Under the pieces are notes generated by a model. That model had not been told where the DNA came from. It was given only the letters and a program-made list of their open reading frames with translations, and ran no database searches. A program made the translations under genes and the position numbers. Below, in pieces: positions 45,398 to 55,909 of a DNA stretch of 64,000 nucleotides (its first letter is position 1; every line of letters begins with the position of its first letter). Source of the stretch: Planktothrix pseudagardhii (GTDB taxonomy: Bacteria; Cyanobacteriota; Cyanobacteriia; Cyanobacteriales; Microcoleaceae); NCBI RefSeq assembly GCF_904830925.1, contig NZ_LR882967.1, forward strand, positions 3,298,106-3,362,105. Reading direction: 5' to 3'.

Positions 45398-45607
45398 ATC
45401 GATTTAAAAGGGTTGAGAGATAATTTATTTATTATGTCAGCTTTTGTATATTCTGAAACAAAAGTCGGTTTTCTCGTCAACTTCTGCGGCTTTCTGGTTT
45501 CAAAAGTCCTCCTCACCTTTTGTTCTTCCCGACAACCGACACCCAAATTTAACCACAAAAAAACGCCCTCCTTTCGGAGAGCGTCTTTTGTTAGCGTGGG
45601 TTAAAAA

Positions 45608-46690
45608 TTAACCGTTGATAGAAGGGGCAACTAAAGCCACAGGAGTCAATGCACCGGATGCTAAATCTAAGGGGAAGTTATGGACGTTGCGTTCGTGCAT
45701 GGCTTCAATCCCTAAGTTGGCACGGTTGATCACATCCGCCCAGGTATTGATCACGCGACCTTCTGAATCCAGTAAGGACTGGTTAAAGTTAAAACCATTC
45801 AGATTGAAAGCGAAGCAAGCCACCGCCAGAGAGGCACACCAGATGCCCACTACAGGCCAAGCTCCCAATAAGAAGTGTAAGCTGCGGCTGTTGTTGAAAC
45901 TGGCATATTGGAAGATTAAACGTCCAAAGTAACCGTGGGCTGCAACAATATTGTAGGTTTCTCCTTCTTGACCGAATTTGTAACCACAGTTTAAAGATTC
46001 GTTTTCGGTGGTTTCACGAACTAAAGAAGAAGTCACTAACGATCCGTGCATTGCACAGAATAAAGCACCACCAAAAATTCCCATTACACCCAACATATGT
46101 AAGGGGTGCATTAAAACGTTATGTTCGGCTTGCAGAACGAGCATAAAGTTGAATGTGCCGGAAATTCCCAGGGGTAAACCATCGGAGAAAGAACCTTGAC
46201 CGATGGAATAAATCAGCAACACCGCAGTTGCAGCCGCCACAGGAGCACTATAGGCAACGGCGATCCAAGGTCTCATTCCTAAGCGATAGGAGAGTTCCCA
46301 CTCTCGACCCATGTAACAAAAGATGCCGATCAGGAAGTGAAAGACAATCAATTGGTAAGGGCCACCGTTATAAAGCCATTCATCGACGTTAGCGGCTTCC
46401 CAGATGGGATAAAAGTGCAAACCAATTGCATTGGAACTCGGTACCACCGCAGCCGAGATGATGTTATTTCCGTAGAGCAGTGAACCGGACACGGGTTCGC
46501 GGATGCCGTCGATATCAACGGGGGGTGCAGCAACGAAAGCCAGAACGAAACAGATGGTAGCAGCAAGCAGAGTTGGAATCATCAGAATCCCAAACCAACC
46601 CACATAGAGGCGGTTTTCGGTGCTGGTGATCCAGTTGCACAACCGCTCCCATGGGTTTCCTCTTAACTGCTGTTGAATGGTTGTTGTCAT
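45608..46690 (-). CDS. psbA: Photosystem II reaction-centre protein D1.
   Basis: The ORF is a full-length D1 (360 aa): ...[23 protein letters not shown]...[35 protein letters not shown]..., including the C-terminal extension. Confidence 0.95.
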   Translation of the reverse strand: MTTTIQQQLRGNPWERLCNWITSTENRLYVGWFGILMIPTLLAATICFVLAFVAAPPVDIDGIREPVSGSLLYGNNIISAAVVPSSNAIGLHFYPIWEAANVDEWLYNGGPYQLIVFHFLIGIFCYMGREWELSYRLGMRPWIAVAYSAPVAAATAVLLIYSIGQGSFSDGLPLGISGTFNFMLVLQAEHNVLMHPLHMLGVMGIFGGALFCAMHGSLVTSSLVRETTENESLNCGYKFGQEGETYNIVAAHGYFGRLIFQYASFNNSRSLHFLLGAWPVVGIWCASLAVACFAFNLNGFNFNQSLLDSEGRVINTWADVINRANLGIEAMHERNVHNFPLDLASGALTPVALVAPSING

Positions 46691-46895
46691 TGGAGTTATG
46701 TATTGCGTATGTATTTTTCGAGGTTCGGTGTCTCGTTATTTGGTTTTATAACCATATAGTTATAATAACCTACTGTTAAAGATTTGTCGAGCCGTTTATA
46801 TTAATATTTCCTTGTATTGAAGTTTTTTATATTAAAAAAAGTAATATGATTGCACACCCGACACCCTACTTAACAGGCAAGATGCCTGTTCCACG

Positions 46896-48299
46896 CTATA
46901 CCATTTCTTCCAGTTCCTTACCTCGTGTTTCCTTGATGAGTAGGAGAACAAAAAATAGAGAAATCGCCGCCGCCGTTGCATATAAACCGTAAGCAAACCC
47001 TAACCCCACATCCTTAAGGGGCGGAAACGTTGTGGAGACCACGAAATTAGCGATCCATTGGGCTGTAGCTGCCACGGAAAGAGCGGCACCGCGAATCCGA
47101 TTATTAAACATTTCTCCTAACATCACCCACACCACCGGCCCCCAAGAAAAGCCGAAACAAAAAACGTAGATATTCGCAGCGAATAGGGCAATGAGTCCAG
47201 CGTTTCCGGTTAAATTGGGATTTCCAGCCGCATCTAGGGGCGCACTTCCAAACACAGTCGCCAGAGTTCCTAACGTGATGGTCATGCCAATCGAACCCAG
47301 AATCAATAACGGTTTGCGGCCAAACTTATCCACCACAGAAATAGCAACGAGGGTAGTAATAATATTGGTCACACTGGTAATTACCGTAATCCACAAAGAA
47401 TCCTGTTCAGAAAAGCCCACAGCTTGCCACAACACACTGCTGTAATAGAAAATTACGTTAATTCCCACTAACTGTTGCAGCACGGATAACCCTGTTCCGA
47501 TCCATACCACAGGTAATAGTCCGTGACGACCCAGCAAATCTGACAATCGAGGCTTGGTTTCTCGCACCACCGAAGCCCGGATTTCCATCACTTTAGTTTG
47601 AGTATCTCCCCCAACCACTCGCGCTAAGATCACCTCAGCTTCTGCTTCTCGACCTTGAGCGACTAAATAACGGGGAGATTCAGGAATTTTCAATGATCCA
47701 ATTCCGTAGAGGATAGCCGGAGGGATCTCTGTCCAAAACATCCAACGCCAAGCCGGAATATTAAACCAAAACGGGGCTTCGGCACTTCCAGCCCCTAACG
47801 CAATAAAATAGTCACAAAGTAACGCGGCAAAAATACCGATCACAATCGCAAGTTGTTGGAGAGAACCGAGGCGACCCCGCAGATGGGCTGGTGAGACTTC
47901 TGCAATATAAGCTGGAGCAATTACACTCGCCGCCCCAACGGCTAACCCGCCCACTAATCGCCAAACCATGAAATCCCAAATGGTGAATGCAATACCAGAG
48001 CCCACCGCACTCATTAAGAACAGTCCAGCAGCCGAGATCATGACTTTAATTCGTCCGTAGCGATCAGCGATCTGGCCCGCAAAGAAGGCTCCGACGGCTG
48101 ACCCCAATAAAGCAGAAGAGACTGCCAATCCGATTTGTGAACTATTGGCTTGAAACTCTTTCCCTAATGCTCCGACAGCACCATTAATGACGGCGGTATC
48201 AAAACCAAATAAGAAACCGCCAAGGGCTGCCACAATTGCCAGCATCAGCACATAATAAGCACTGGGTTGATTTAAAGCAGGAGGATGGTGAACCGTCAT
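46896..48299 (-). CDS. MFS sugar porter (glucose/fructose:H+ symporter, GlcP-like).
   Basis: It has 12 TM helices and the sugar-porter signatures GRIKVMISAAG, PESPRYL and ...GPVVWVMLGEMFNNRIRG.... Confidence 0.75.
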   Translation of the reverse strand: MTVHHPPALNQPSAYYVLMLAIVAALGGFLFGFDTAVINGAVGALGKEFQANSSQIGLAVSSALLGSAVGAFFAGQIADRYGRIKVMISAAGLFLMSAVGSGIAFTIWDFMVWRLVGGLAVGAASVIAPAYIAEVSPAHLRGRLGSLQQLAIVIGIFAALLCDYFIALGAGSAEAPFWFNIPAWRWMFWTEIPPAILYGIGSLKIPESPRYLVAQGREAEAEVILARVVGGDTQTKVMEIRASVVRETKPRLSDLLGRHGLLPVVWIGTGLSVLQQLVGINVIFYYSSVLWQAVGFSEQDSLWITVITSVTNIITTLVAISVVDKFGRKPLLILGSIGMTITLGTLATVFGSAPLDAAGNPNLTGNAGLIALFAANIYVFCFGFSWGPVVWVMLGEMFNNRIRGAALSVAATAQWIANFVVSTTFPPLKDVGLGFAYGLYATAAAISLFFVLLLIKETRGKELEEMV

Positions 48300-48658
48300 T
48301 TTTTTTGTTAAGGTTCATTAATTTGTGGCTATAGAAATATTGTTTCAGTTCCACAGGTAGACGCACATCAATCTTTAGACTTATCTTTCTGAAACCTATC
48401 TTTTTCTTTTGGTGAAGAAATATTAGCAATTCTCAGTGATACCCAACTTCGAGAAAATATTATTAACAATGCTTTTGTCTGCGCCCAACAATAGGATTAG
48501 GATGAGATGGAAGTCATGCTATTGAGAGAGGAAAGGCTCAACGATGATAGTTTACCTTATAAAAGAAATGATTGGTCTATCATACTATCTGCTCTGGAAA
48601 TGCGCTCTCATGGCTGGAAGAGTGCATTTTTATTGTGAATTTATCTTAAATGAAAGGG

Positions 48659-49468
48659 TTATTTTAAATTCAGAAAATGATTTAAGGCAAGAACGACTTT
48701 TGGGGGCCATCGTCTAACGGTTTTCACCCAATCAATATTTTTATATCGGGGATCAAGTCCAACTACAGCTACCCAATTACTTTCCGCTTCTCCGGGTTTT
48801 CCCATATCCCATAAACAGGCGGTTAATGCGGCTCGCATATCGGCAAAATTGGGATATTTCCGCACTAAATTTTTCATGATTTTAATCGCTGCTTCCGGTT
48901 GTCCGACTTGATATAATGTTAAGGCATAATTGGCACGGGCAAAGGAATAGTTTTTATCTAAATCACTGGCGGTTTGATAATCTAAAAGGGCTTCTTCCCA
49001 TTTTCCTAATCCTGCTTCAGCATTCCCTCGATTATTATAGGCGATCGCATCATTGGGGTTTATTTCTAAGACTTTATTATAGTCTGCAATCGCTTTTTCC
49101 CATTCTCCTAATCCTTCATAGGCGACTCCTCGGTTTAAATAGGAATCAGGAAAATCAGGTGCTAATTCTAGGGATTGATTATAATCAGAAATCGCTTCAT
49201 GAAGTTTATTTTGACTGACTCTAACATTGCCTCGGTTACTCCACATCGCCGGATTTTGGGGATATTGATTAATAATTTCTGTCCAGTAGGTTTCTGCTTG
49301 AGCAAATTCACCGGTTTGAGTGGCTGTAAACGCTTGCTGAAGCATCCCATCCAAAGTGGAAGACAGGGGTAGATTTTCGGCCCACAGAGGGGCGACATTT
49401 CCCCAAGTCAGGACGAGGATACTCAATAATAGAGTTAAACTCAGGCAAAATTGGCGAATTTTAGGCAT
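48659..49468 (-). CDS. Secreted TPR-repeat protein.
   Basis: A signal peptide is followed by five TPR units (WSNRGNVRVSQNKLHEAISDYNQSLELAPDF...). Confidence 0.65.
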   Translation of the reverse strand: MPKIRQFCLSLTLLLSILVLTWGNVAPLWAENLPLSSTLDGMLQQAFTATQTGEFAQAETYWTEIINQYPQNPAMWSNRGNVRVSQNKLHEAISDYNQSLELAPDFPDSYLNRGVAYEGLGEWEKAIADYNKVLEINPNDAIAYNNRGNAEAGLGKWEEALLDYQTASDLDKNYSFARANYALTLYQVGQPEAAIKIMKNLVRKYPNFADMRAALTACLWDMGKPGEAESNWVAVVGLDPRYKNIDWVKTVRRWPPKVVLALNHFLNLK

Positions 49469-49653
49469 GAACTGAAATAAGCAAGCTGAAATAACACCAT
49501 TGTACTCAAAGGGGGGGTAAAATCCTTGCTGAAGGATGGGGTAGTCCGTGGACTGTATTTACACACCCTATGGGGAATTTTATCCTTTTCAGTGCCATCT
49601 CGTGAGACAATAAGATGTTAACTCTTAAATGAATAAAGGTTTAACAAGACAAT

Positions 49654-49992
49654 ATGGTCGCTAAAATTCAGTTTTCAAGAGGTATTGATGAAGATGCAAT
49701 TCCTGATGTGCGCCTAACTCGTTCACGAGATGGGAGTCAAGGAACAGCAACATTTTATTTCCTCAATCCTAAAGCATTAGCGGATGATTCTACGGAAGAA
49801 ATCACGGGAATGTATATGATTGATGATGATGGGGAAATCATAACCCGTGAGGTTAAAGCTAAGTTTATTAATGGAAAACCTACGGAAATTGAAGCGATCC
49901 ATTTAATGAAATCTCCCGAAGAATGGGAACGTTTTATGTTGTTTATGAAACGTTATGCAGAAGCGAATGGGTTAGAATTTAGTAAATCCTAA
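49654..49992 (+). CDS. psb28: Photosystem II assembly factor Psb28.
   Basis: The 112-aa product begins [36 protein letters not shown]..., the conserved Psb28 N-terminus. Confidence 0.85.
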   Translation: MVAKIQFSRGIDEDAIPDVRLTRSRDGSQGTATFYFLNPKALADDSTEEITGMYMIDDDGEIITREVKAKFINGKPTEIEAIHLMKSPEEWERFMLFMKRYAEANGLEFSKS

Positions 49993-50081
49993 TTTCTCAG
50001 GAGTTAGAAGTTAAATTCTATAAGAAATAGAGAAAGTTTGGCTTCTAACTTCTCATCGGTGTTGTTCTGGATCTACAGTTT

Positions 50082-50588
50082 ATGAATTCAACCATTCCTC
50101 ATCCAGATAGTTCAGAAATTCAGGTTAATTGTGCTGTCATTACAGTCAGTGATACTCGCACTCCAGAAACGGATAAAAGCGGCCAATTAATTCAGCAGTT
50201 TTTACAGAATGCAGGTTATCCTATTCGGCATTATCAAATTGTTAAAGATGAACCGACGGAAATCACAGAATTATTGAAAACCCTATGTCAAATTCCTGAA
50301 CTGAATGCTTGTATTTTCAATGGGGGTACGGGAATTTCGCCACGAGATACCACCTATGATGCCATTGAGACATTATTAGAAAAAACCTTACCCGGTTTTG
50401 GGGAAATTTTTAGAACATTGAGTTATGCTGAAATAGGCTCAAGGGCGATGGCTTCTCGTGCTGTTGCTGGCGTTTGTCAAGGAAAATTAATTTTTTCAGT
50501 TCCAGGGTCTTCTAATGCAGTGAAGTTAGCAATGGAACAATTAATTATACCCGAATTAGCTCATTTAGTTAAAGTCTTAAATCAATAG
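50082..50588 (+). CDS. mogA: Molybdenum cofactor biosynthesis protein MogA/MoaB.
   Basis: The GGTGISPRDTTYDAIETLLEK...FGEIFRTLSYAEIGSRAMASRAVAG motifs are the MoaB/MogA signatures. Confidence 0.75.
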   Translation: MNSTIPHPDSSEIQVNCAVITVSDTRTPETDKSGQLIQQFLQNAGYPIRHYQIVKDEPTEITELLKTLCQIPELNACIFNGGTGISPRDTTYDAIETLLEKTLPGFGEIFRTLSYAEIGSRAMASRAVAGVCQGKLIFSVPGSSNAVKLAMEQLIIPELAHLVKVLNQ

Positions 50589-50627
50589 AAATTTTGTTTC
50601 TGAAGTCTATCTTTTTCTTAAATTTAA

Positions 50628-50766
50628 TATGAAATCCTTCAATCGACGCTACAGATTATAACCCTAAACCCCACATAGAGACGCGCCTGGGCGAAGCTAT
50701 GCCGAAGGCTATTGGCGCGTCTCTACACAATACGGATGCGTAACAAACATTTAAGGATTTCATATA
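50628..50766. mobile_element. Small palindromic MITE-like element, copy 1 (139 bp).
   Basis: It has terminal inverted repeats TATGAAATCCTT...AAGGATTTCATA and an internal long stem (TAGAGACGCGCC...GGCGCGTCTCTA). A second copy with the same arms lies at 59556-59671. Confidence 0.6.
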
Positions 50767-50777
50767 AGATTACCTTC

Positions 50778-53700
50778 TCAAGCAACACGGGTATAAATAC
50801 TTTTTCCCTGACCAAAATAAGAATCGTAAACGTGTTGATATACCTCTTGACATTTCTGCTGATATAATTCCGTTGAGTAACGCTGGGGTAAGCGATCTAA
50901 AATCTCCTCAACTGTTAGTTGTACCGCCGCACGGGTTCGCTGTCGCTTGCGCCAGTCCAACACCAATTTTTCCCGTTTGAGGGTTTCTAATAACTGTTGG
51001 GCGACCTTCTTAACGTCTTGCTTCTCTTTTTCTGTTAAATCAATATTGGGTTTCGTCAGTAAATCTAAAATTGCTAATTCTTCCTCTTCCAGATTTTCCG
51101 AAATAGCCCGTTGATCTTCAATATTTAATTCTTGGGCAAATTCTACTAAATCTTGAAAGAATGTTTCGATATTGCGACAACCTGCATTATATTCATCTAT
51201 CATTTGCTGAAACTTGTTTAAATAATTCATCCGGCTTTTATTAAGATTAACCATCTGGGTTAGCTTGATGCTAATTTGTCCTTTAAGTTTTTCGGCTTCC
51301 GTGCGTTGATAACCTGTGGCAAATTTAGCCTTCAATGCTTCAAAATCAACTTGACTTAAATCGATGATTTGTTCAGATTCAGAAATCACATATTTTAAAG
51401 TTCCAATGGATTGATCTAAAATTTCCTCAACGGCTTGTTTCACTTCTGAGATATCGACTGCTGGTGTTAACGAACGAATGCGATCGCTAATTACAGTAAA
51501 TAGATACTGCATTGAGGTAAAATCATCAGCAACGGGATCAGGTAGAATTGCTTTATACAGTTTAATTACATTTCTAACGAGGGCAAAATAACGCTGTTTG
51601 GATTCCTCATTAATTAGAATAGCTTCTCCTGCATCACAGATTAATTTAATGCGTTCAAATACTGGCGCAGATTGCAGTTTTTCTAAATTAATTTCTCGTT
51701 CTGTACAAAAATTAGTCGCTTCTAATATTGCCTTTCGCAACTCTTCTATTAATGCCGTTTTTGCTTGTACTGGGGTGTCTCCTTCTTGGACTCCTCCGCC
51801 AGAAGCTGAACCATAAATGGCTAAGGCTTTTTGCAAGTTGCAAAATACGCCAATATAATCAACAATTAACCCATTAACTTTATCTTTAAATACCCGATTT
51901 GCTCTGGCGATGGTTTGCATTAAGGTATGGTTCAACATCGGTTTATCGAGGTAAATGGTTGAACAACTGGGAACATCAAAACCCGTAATCCACATCGCAC
52001 AAACAAACACAATTCGCAGGGGATGATCTGCATCTTTGAATTTTTCGTCTAATTCTTCATTAACTAACCGTTTTCGGTGGGGTTGAATGTCTAAATTTTT
52101 TTTCTGAAATGCGTCTATTTCATTCTGAGATTGAGAAATGATCACCGCCATATCGGTTGTTTGCATATAATTAATCTGTGCTTCCAGACGTTCTCGTTCT
52201 GGGGCTTCTGCGGTGTCTAATTGACTTTGTAAGGTGGTTAAATATTGTTGCCAATATGCCTGTACTTTGTTGTACATTTTAACGGCTGTAAAGCGGTCAA
52301 TGGAAATCACCATTGCTTTTCCTTGGTGTCCCCGTCCTAAAAAATGAGTAACAATATCTTGGGCAATTGTTTCTAACCGTTCATCACGGGTAATTAAATG
52401 ATATTCCCGCGAAAATTCCCGTTCTAATTTATGTTCTGCTTCTTCATCTAAATTAGCAGATTCTATCGCGTAGGCTATATTTTCATTGACTTCTGTATTG
52501 GTTATTTGTAATTGTGGAATGCGGTTTTCATAATATAATGGAACTGTGGCGTTATCTTCGATGGATTGTTTGAAATTATAAACACTAATATAATCGCCAA
52601 ACTCTCGTTTAGTGGCTTCTTCTCCAATCATTAAGGGTGTACCCGTAAAACCAATAAATCCAGCGTTGGGTAAGGCGCGTCTCATATTTTTTGCAAAGGT
52701 ATCATATTGGCTGCGGTGGGCTTCATCTGCGATAACAATCACATCTTCTCGGTCGGAAAGTTGCGGATAGTTTTCGCCTTTAGCGGTGCGGAATTTCTGA
52801 ATTAATGTAAAAATATAACGGTGATCTTCTTGTAACAGTTGTTTTAAATGGTCGCTACTTTTCGCCCTAACTTCTTTTTCGGGTTCGGTAACAGCGCCCG
52901 TTTTGGCGAAATTTTTATAAATTTGGTTGTCTAAATCATCTCGGTCGGTGATAATAACAAACGTCCAATTTCCGGTAATTTGGCGATGCACTTTTTGAGA
53001 AAAGAACTGCATCGAAAAGCTTTTACCGCTTCCTTGGGTATGCCAAAATACCCCTAAACGTCCTTGATTTTCCCGAATTTGTTTAACGGCTTCTATGGCA
53101 TTATTAACACCGAGATATTGATGATTTTTGGCGACAAGTTTAATAATTTGCCCTTTTTCTTCACTAAATAACGTAAAGTTTTCGATAATATCTAATAATT
53201 TATTTTTCTCGCAGGTTCCCCGAATCATGGTATCGAGAGAAATAATCCCTGTTTCCCCTTCTGAGTTGATTTTTTTCCATTCGGCGAAGTGTTCCCAATT
53301 GGCGGTAACGCTACCAATACGGCTATCTGACCCATTGGAGAAGATAACAATTCCGTTATACCAAAACAGTTGAGGAATAGTGTTTCTATAATCACAGAAG
53401 TTATCCTGATAAGCTAAATCTAAGCGTTTATAATGGGCTTTTAATTCAATAAATAATAGGGGAATTCCGTTTACAAAACCAATTAAATCAGCGCGGCGAG
53501 TGTACATTTCCCCGGATACCCAGAATTGAGAGGCGAGGAAAAAGTCGTTTTCCGTTGGGGTTTTCCAGTTGATAATTTGGACTTTTTCGGTAATTTCTTC
53601 GTTGTCGGTGTTGCGGTAGGTGACGTTTACGCCATCTTTGAGGAGTTTATAAATTTCGCGGTTAGCGTTAGCGAGGCTTAAGGCGCTTCTGTCACTAATG

Positions 53701-53927
53701 AGTTTTTCAATAGCAAGGTTAATGGCTTCGGTGGGGAGGGTGGGGTTGAGTTTTTCTAAGGCGGGGCGCAGTTTGGAAATTAGCACAACTTCGGCTTTTG
53801 TTTCTCGTCCTAATGTGCTGTTATTGCCGATTTTTTCAGAATAGCAATTAGCGGTGGTATAGCCGAGTTGTTCAAAAAGTTTAAGGGTTTCGAGTTCTAG
53901 GGCTGGTTCTGAGTCTGGGTTAAGCAT
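50778..53927 (-). CDS. hsdR: Type I restriction enzyme R subunit.
   Basis: It is 1049 aa with an N-terminal nuclease region and SF2 helicase motifs (...WHTQGSGKSFSM..., DEAH-like IADEAHRSQ, QTIARANR). It lies downstream of hsdS and hsdM on the same strand. Confidence 0.9.
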   Translation of the reverse strand: MLNPDSEPALELETLKLFEQLGYTTANCYSEKIGNNSTLGRETKAEVVLISKLRPALEKLNPTLPTEAINLAIEKLISDRSALSLANANREIYKLLKDGVNVTYRNTDNEEITEKVQIINWKTPTENDFFLASQFWVSGEMYTRRADLIGFVNGIPLLFIELKAHYKRLDLAYQDNFCDYRNTIPQLFWYNGIVIFSNGSDSRIGSVTANWEHFAEWKKINSEGETGIISLDTMIRGTCEKNKLLDIIENFTLFSEEKGQIIKLVAKNHQYLGVNNAIEAVKQIRENQGRLGVFWHTQGSGKSFSMQFFSQKVHRQITGNWTFVIITDRDDLDNQIYKNFAKTGAVTEPEKEVRAKSSDHLKQLLQEDHRYIFTLIQKFRTAKGENYPQLSDREDVIVIADEAHRSQYDTFAKNMRRALPNAGFIGFTGTPLMIGEEATKREFGDYISVYNFKQSIEDNATVPLYYENRIPQLQITNTEVNENIAYAIESANLDEEAEHKLEREFSREYHLITRDERLETIAQDIVTHFLGRGHQGKAMVISIDRFTAVKMYNKVQAYWQQYLTTLQSQLDTAEAPERERLEAQINYMQTTDMAVIISQSQNEIDAFQKKNLDIQPHRKRLVNEELDEKFKDADHPLRIVFVCAMWITGFDVPSCSTIYLDKPMLNHTLMQTIARANRVFKDKVNGLIVDYIGVFCNLQKALAIYGSASGGGVQEGDTPVQAKTALIEELRKAILEATNFCTEREINLEKLQSAPVFERIKLICDAGEAILINEESKQRYFALVRNVIKLYKAILPDPVADDFTSMQYLFTVISDRIRSLTPAVDISEVKQAVEEILDQSIGTLKYVISESEQIIDLSQVDFEALKAKFATGYQRTEAEKLKGQISIKLTQMVNLNKSRMNYLNKFQQMIDEYNAGCRNIETFFQDLVEFAQELNIEDQRAISENLEEEELAILDLLTKPNIDLTEKEKQDVKKVAQQLLETLKREKLVLDWRKRQRTRAAVQLTVEEILDRLPQRYSTELYQQKCQEVYQHVYDSYFGQGKSIYTRVA

Positions 53928-54146
53928 ATTAATTTTAAAGGTTAGATTTTAGGCATTTTCGGGGTAGTCGATTTTAAGCTGGTAGGTCATAGGGGAATAA
54001 TGGGGTTTGTAATTAGTGGTTTAAGCAGCAATGTTTCCGGTGTTGATGTCGAGGTTTTCAACATCTATTTCACCGGAGATGAGTTTGGGGAGGAGGAGAT
54101 CGCGGGTTTGGCGAAGATTTGCATTTTTAAGCTTCAGATGTTTAAC

Positions 54147-55163
54147 CTAAGTTAAAAGACTATCGATAATGTTGTTAAATTGTTTCAATAGTATTTCTCT
54201 GGGGACAATTACAGGAATACGATTTAGATTAGTTTGGTTAATTTTAGGTTGGGCTGCACCTGTAATGTATCCAGAAATATCTAAATCTGACATAAATAAG
54301 TACAAATAATTTGTTGATATTGGTTCTTTTCCCTGGATAACATGAGTATGATTGTTAGCCCAAAATTTTTCATCAACTAATTGTAGAACAGGATGCCTAT
54401 CTTTTGTAATTACACTGCCATCTTCTGCCACTAATAAATATCTACCTTCAAAAATATAGTTATTGATGTAATCAAAAATTTTAGCCGCACCATAGTATGG
54501 ATATTTCCCCTGAATCTTAGCTCTCTGGAGCGATGAAAGAGGCTTCCTTTTCTTGTCAAAATTCAGTGAGACTTCGCCGAAATTTTTAACTTCCCAACCT
54601 TCAGGAATTAAACCCAATTCTGAATCAACCATTTTGACTTGTTCGTGTCCGGGGAAACGGAAGTTAACGAACCATTCACGATAGAGCGATCGCGCCATTT
54701 CTTCTAATATCTTTATTCGCCGCGTATTGTTTTCGATTAGGTCATCATAAGTTGAGAGAATAGCAGCAATTTTGCGTTGTATTGGGAGAGGAGGAAACCT
54801 AACAGGGATTGTATGAATATGGTTTCTGTTCAATGTTGGATTTGCTGCACCACAATCATACTGCTCTAAATGTAGAGTTTGAAGGAAATAGTATGCAAAC
54901 TTTTCATGGTTTCCGTGAAAATCTTTTACCCAAAGCGTAGTGTCAGTCGGCCAAAAATCCTGAGTAGCAAAAAAAACCGTACCCAGGGTTCCTTTTCTAC
55001 CTATAACAACACCAGGAGCTTTCACTTTAAAATCGCTATGTTTACCACCAAAGCCAGATGAAAAAATTACATCATATTTTCCAGGTGTTAATTCTTTCTT
55101 GGTGATATCAAAGCCTCTTTGAAAGGTAATTAATTCACCTAGATTTGCTTCTTTCCAATTCAT
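54147..55163 (-). CDS. hsdS: Type I restriction-modification specificity subunit (338 aa, shorter than a typical two-TRD subunit).
   Basis: It has target-recognition-domain architecture with conserved central and C-terminal helices (..[40 protein letters not shown]...). It sits between hsdM and hsdR. Confidence 0.75.
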   Translation of the reverse strand: MNWKEANLGELITFQRGFDITKKELTPGKYDVIFSSGFGGKHSDFKVKAPGVVIGRKGTLGTVFFATQDFWPTDTTLWVKDFHGNHEKFAYYFLQTLHLEQYDCGAANPTLNRNHIHTIPVRFPPLPIQRKIAAILSTYDDLIENNTRRIKILEEMARSLYREWFVNFRFPGHEQVKMVDSELGLIPEGWEVKNFGEVSLNFDKKRKPLSSLQRAKIQGKYPYYGAAKIFDYINNYIFEGRYLLVAEDGSVITKDRHPVLQLVDEKFWANNHTHVIQGKEPISTNYLYLFMSDLDISGYITGAAQPKINQTNLNRIPVIVPREILLKQFNNIIDSLLT

Positions 55164-55191
55164 TAAATTTATCCTTTTCCCTCATTAACTT

Positions 55192-55605
55192 TTAAGAACT
55201 AGCATCAATGACCAACTGTTTAAACAAAGAAACTGAAATAATTTTAGTATCTTCCCAGGTTTTTACTTCAGTTAAATCTCTATCTCCTGTAATCAAAAAA
55301 TCAGCCTTAGCCACCACAGCACAAGCCAGAAACTTAGCATCTTTTCTATCTCTAGGGAAATCTACCTCAACATTTACTTCTAAAACTGTAGTAAATTGCT
55401 CTATAAAAGTTAACCACTCTGTCCGTATTTCTTCCGTTAAAGGAAACTTGGGACGATTTAAAACTTCCTTGTATTCAGTTAAAATCTCTGGTGATATAAT
55501 CCATTCATAATTAGGATGATCAGCCACAAACTGAATCACAATTCTCGGATTGCGTCCTTTTAGAACAGCAGATACTAAGACATTGGTATCAATAATAACT
55601 TTCAT
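55192..55605 (-). CDS. PIN-domain ribonuclease toxin (PIN_3 / TIGR00305-type).
   Basis: The N-terminus MKVIIDTNVLVSAVL and the C-terminal acidic residues (...ADFLITGDRDL) are PIN signatures. The start overlaps the upstream small ORF by 4 nt (ATGA). Confidence 0.7.
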   Translation of the reverse strand: MKVIIDTNVLVSAVLKGRNPRIVIQFVADHPNYEWIISPEILTEYKEVLNRPKFPLTEEIRTEWLTFIEQFTTVLEVNVEVDFPRDRKDAKFLACAVVAKADFLITGDRDLTEVKTWEDTKIISVSLFKQLVIDASS

Positions 55606-55841
55606 TCTCCTCTACGATAAGCCTCAATTTCTGCGGTAATTTCTTCTTCAGTAATATCTTCTACTCCTGGTAAAGCCTGGGTGCGGTCAAATAATTCTCG
55701 TAACTTTCGACTCATTTCTGCACGGGGATTTTCTTCTGCTAAAATAATCACCTCTACTCGCTGTCCAGGTTGAAAAGGTAAATCTGATAAAATCACCTGT
55801 TTCGGGTCTTCTATCGTGATGTAAGCTTTATAAGCATTCAT
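55602..55841 (-). CDS. Putative antitoxin partner of the PIN toxin (79 aa, family unrecognised).
   Basis: This is a small acidic ORF. Its stop overlaps the PIN start, the classical toxin-antitoxin gene-pair geometry. Confidence 0.5.
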   Translation of the reverse strand: MNAYKAYITIEDPKQVILSDLPFQPGQRVEVIILAEENPRAEMSRKLRELFDRTQALPGVEDITEEEITAEIEAYRRGE

Positions 55842-55909
55842 AAATAGTTCCTCTTAATTAACGGCTGAAAGTTTAATCTCATTTTCCTTAACTTAATTAT
55901 ACTCATCCC

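Noticed and set aside
46691-46895. AT-rich psbA upstream region considered for a small RNA or extra gene.
   Set aside because: It is consistent with an ordinary psbA promoter and 5' UTR plus the 3' end of the convergent transporter gene. I saw no ORF or conserved structure beyond that.
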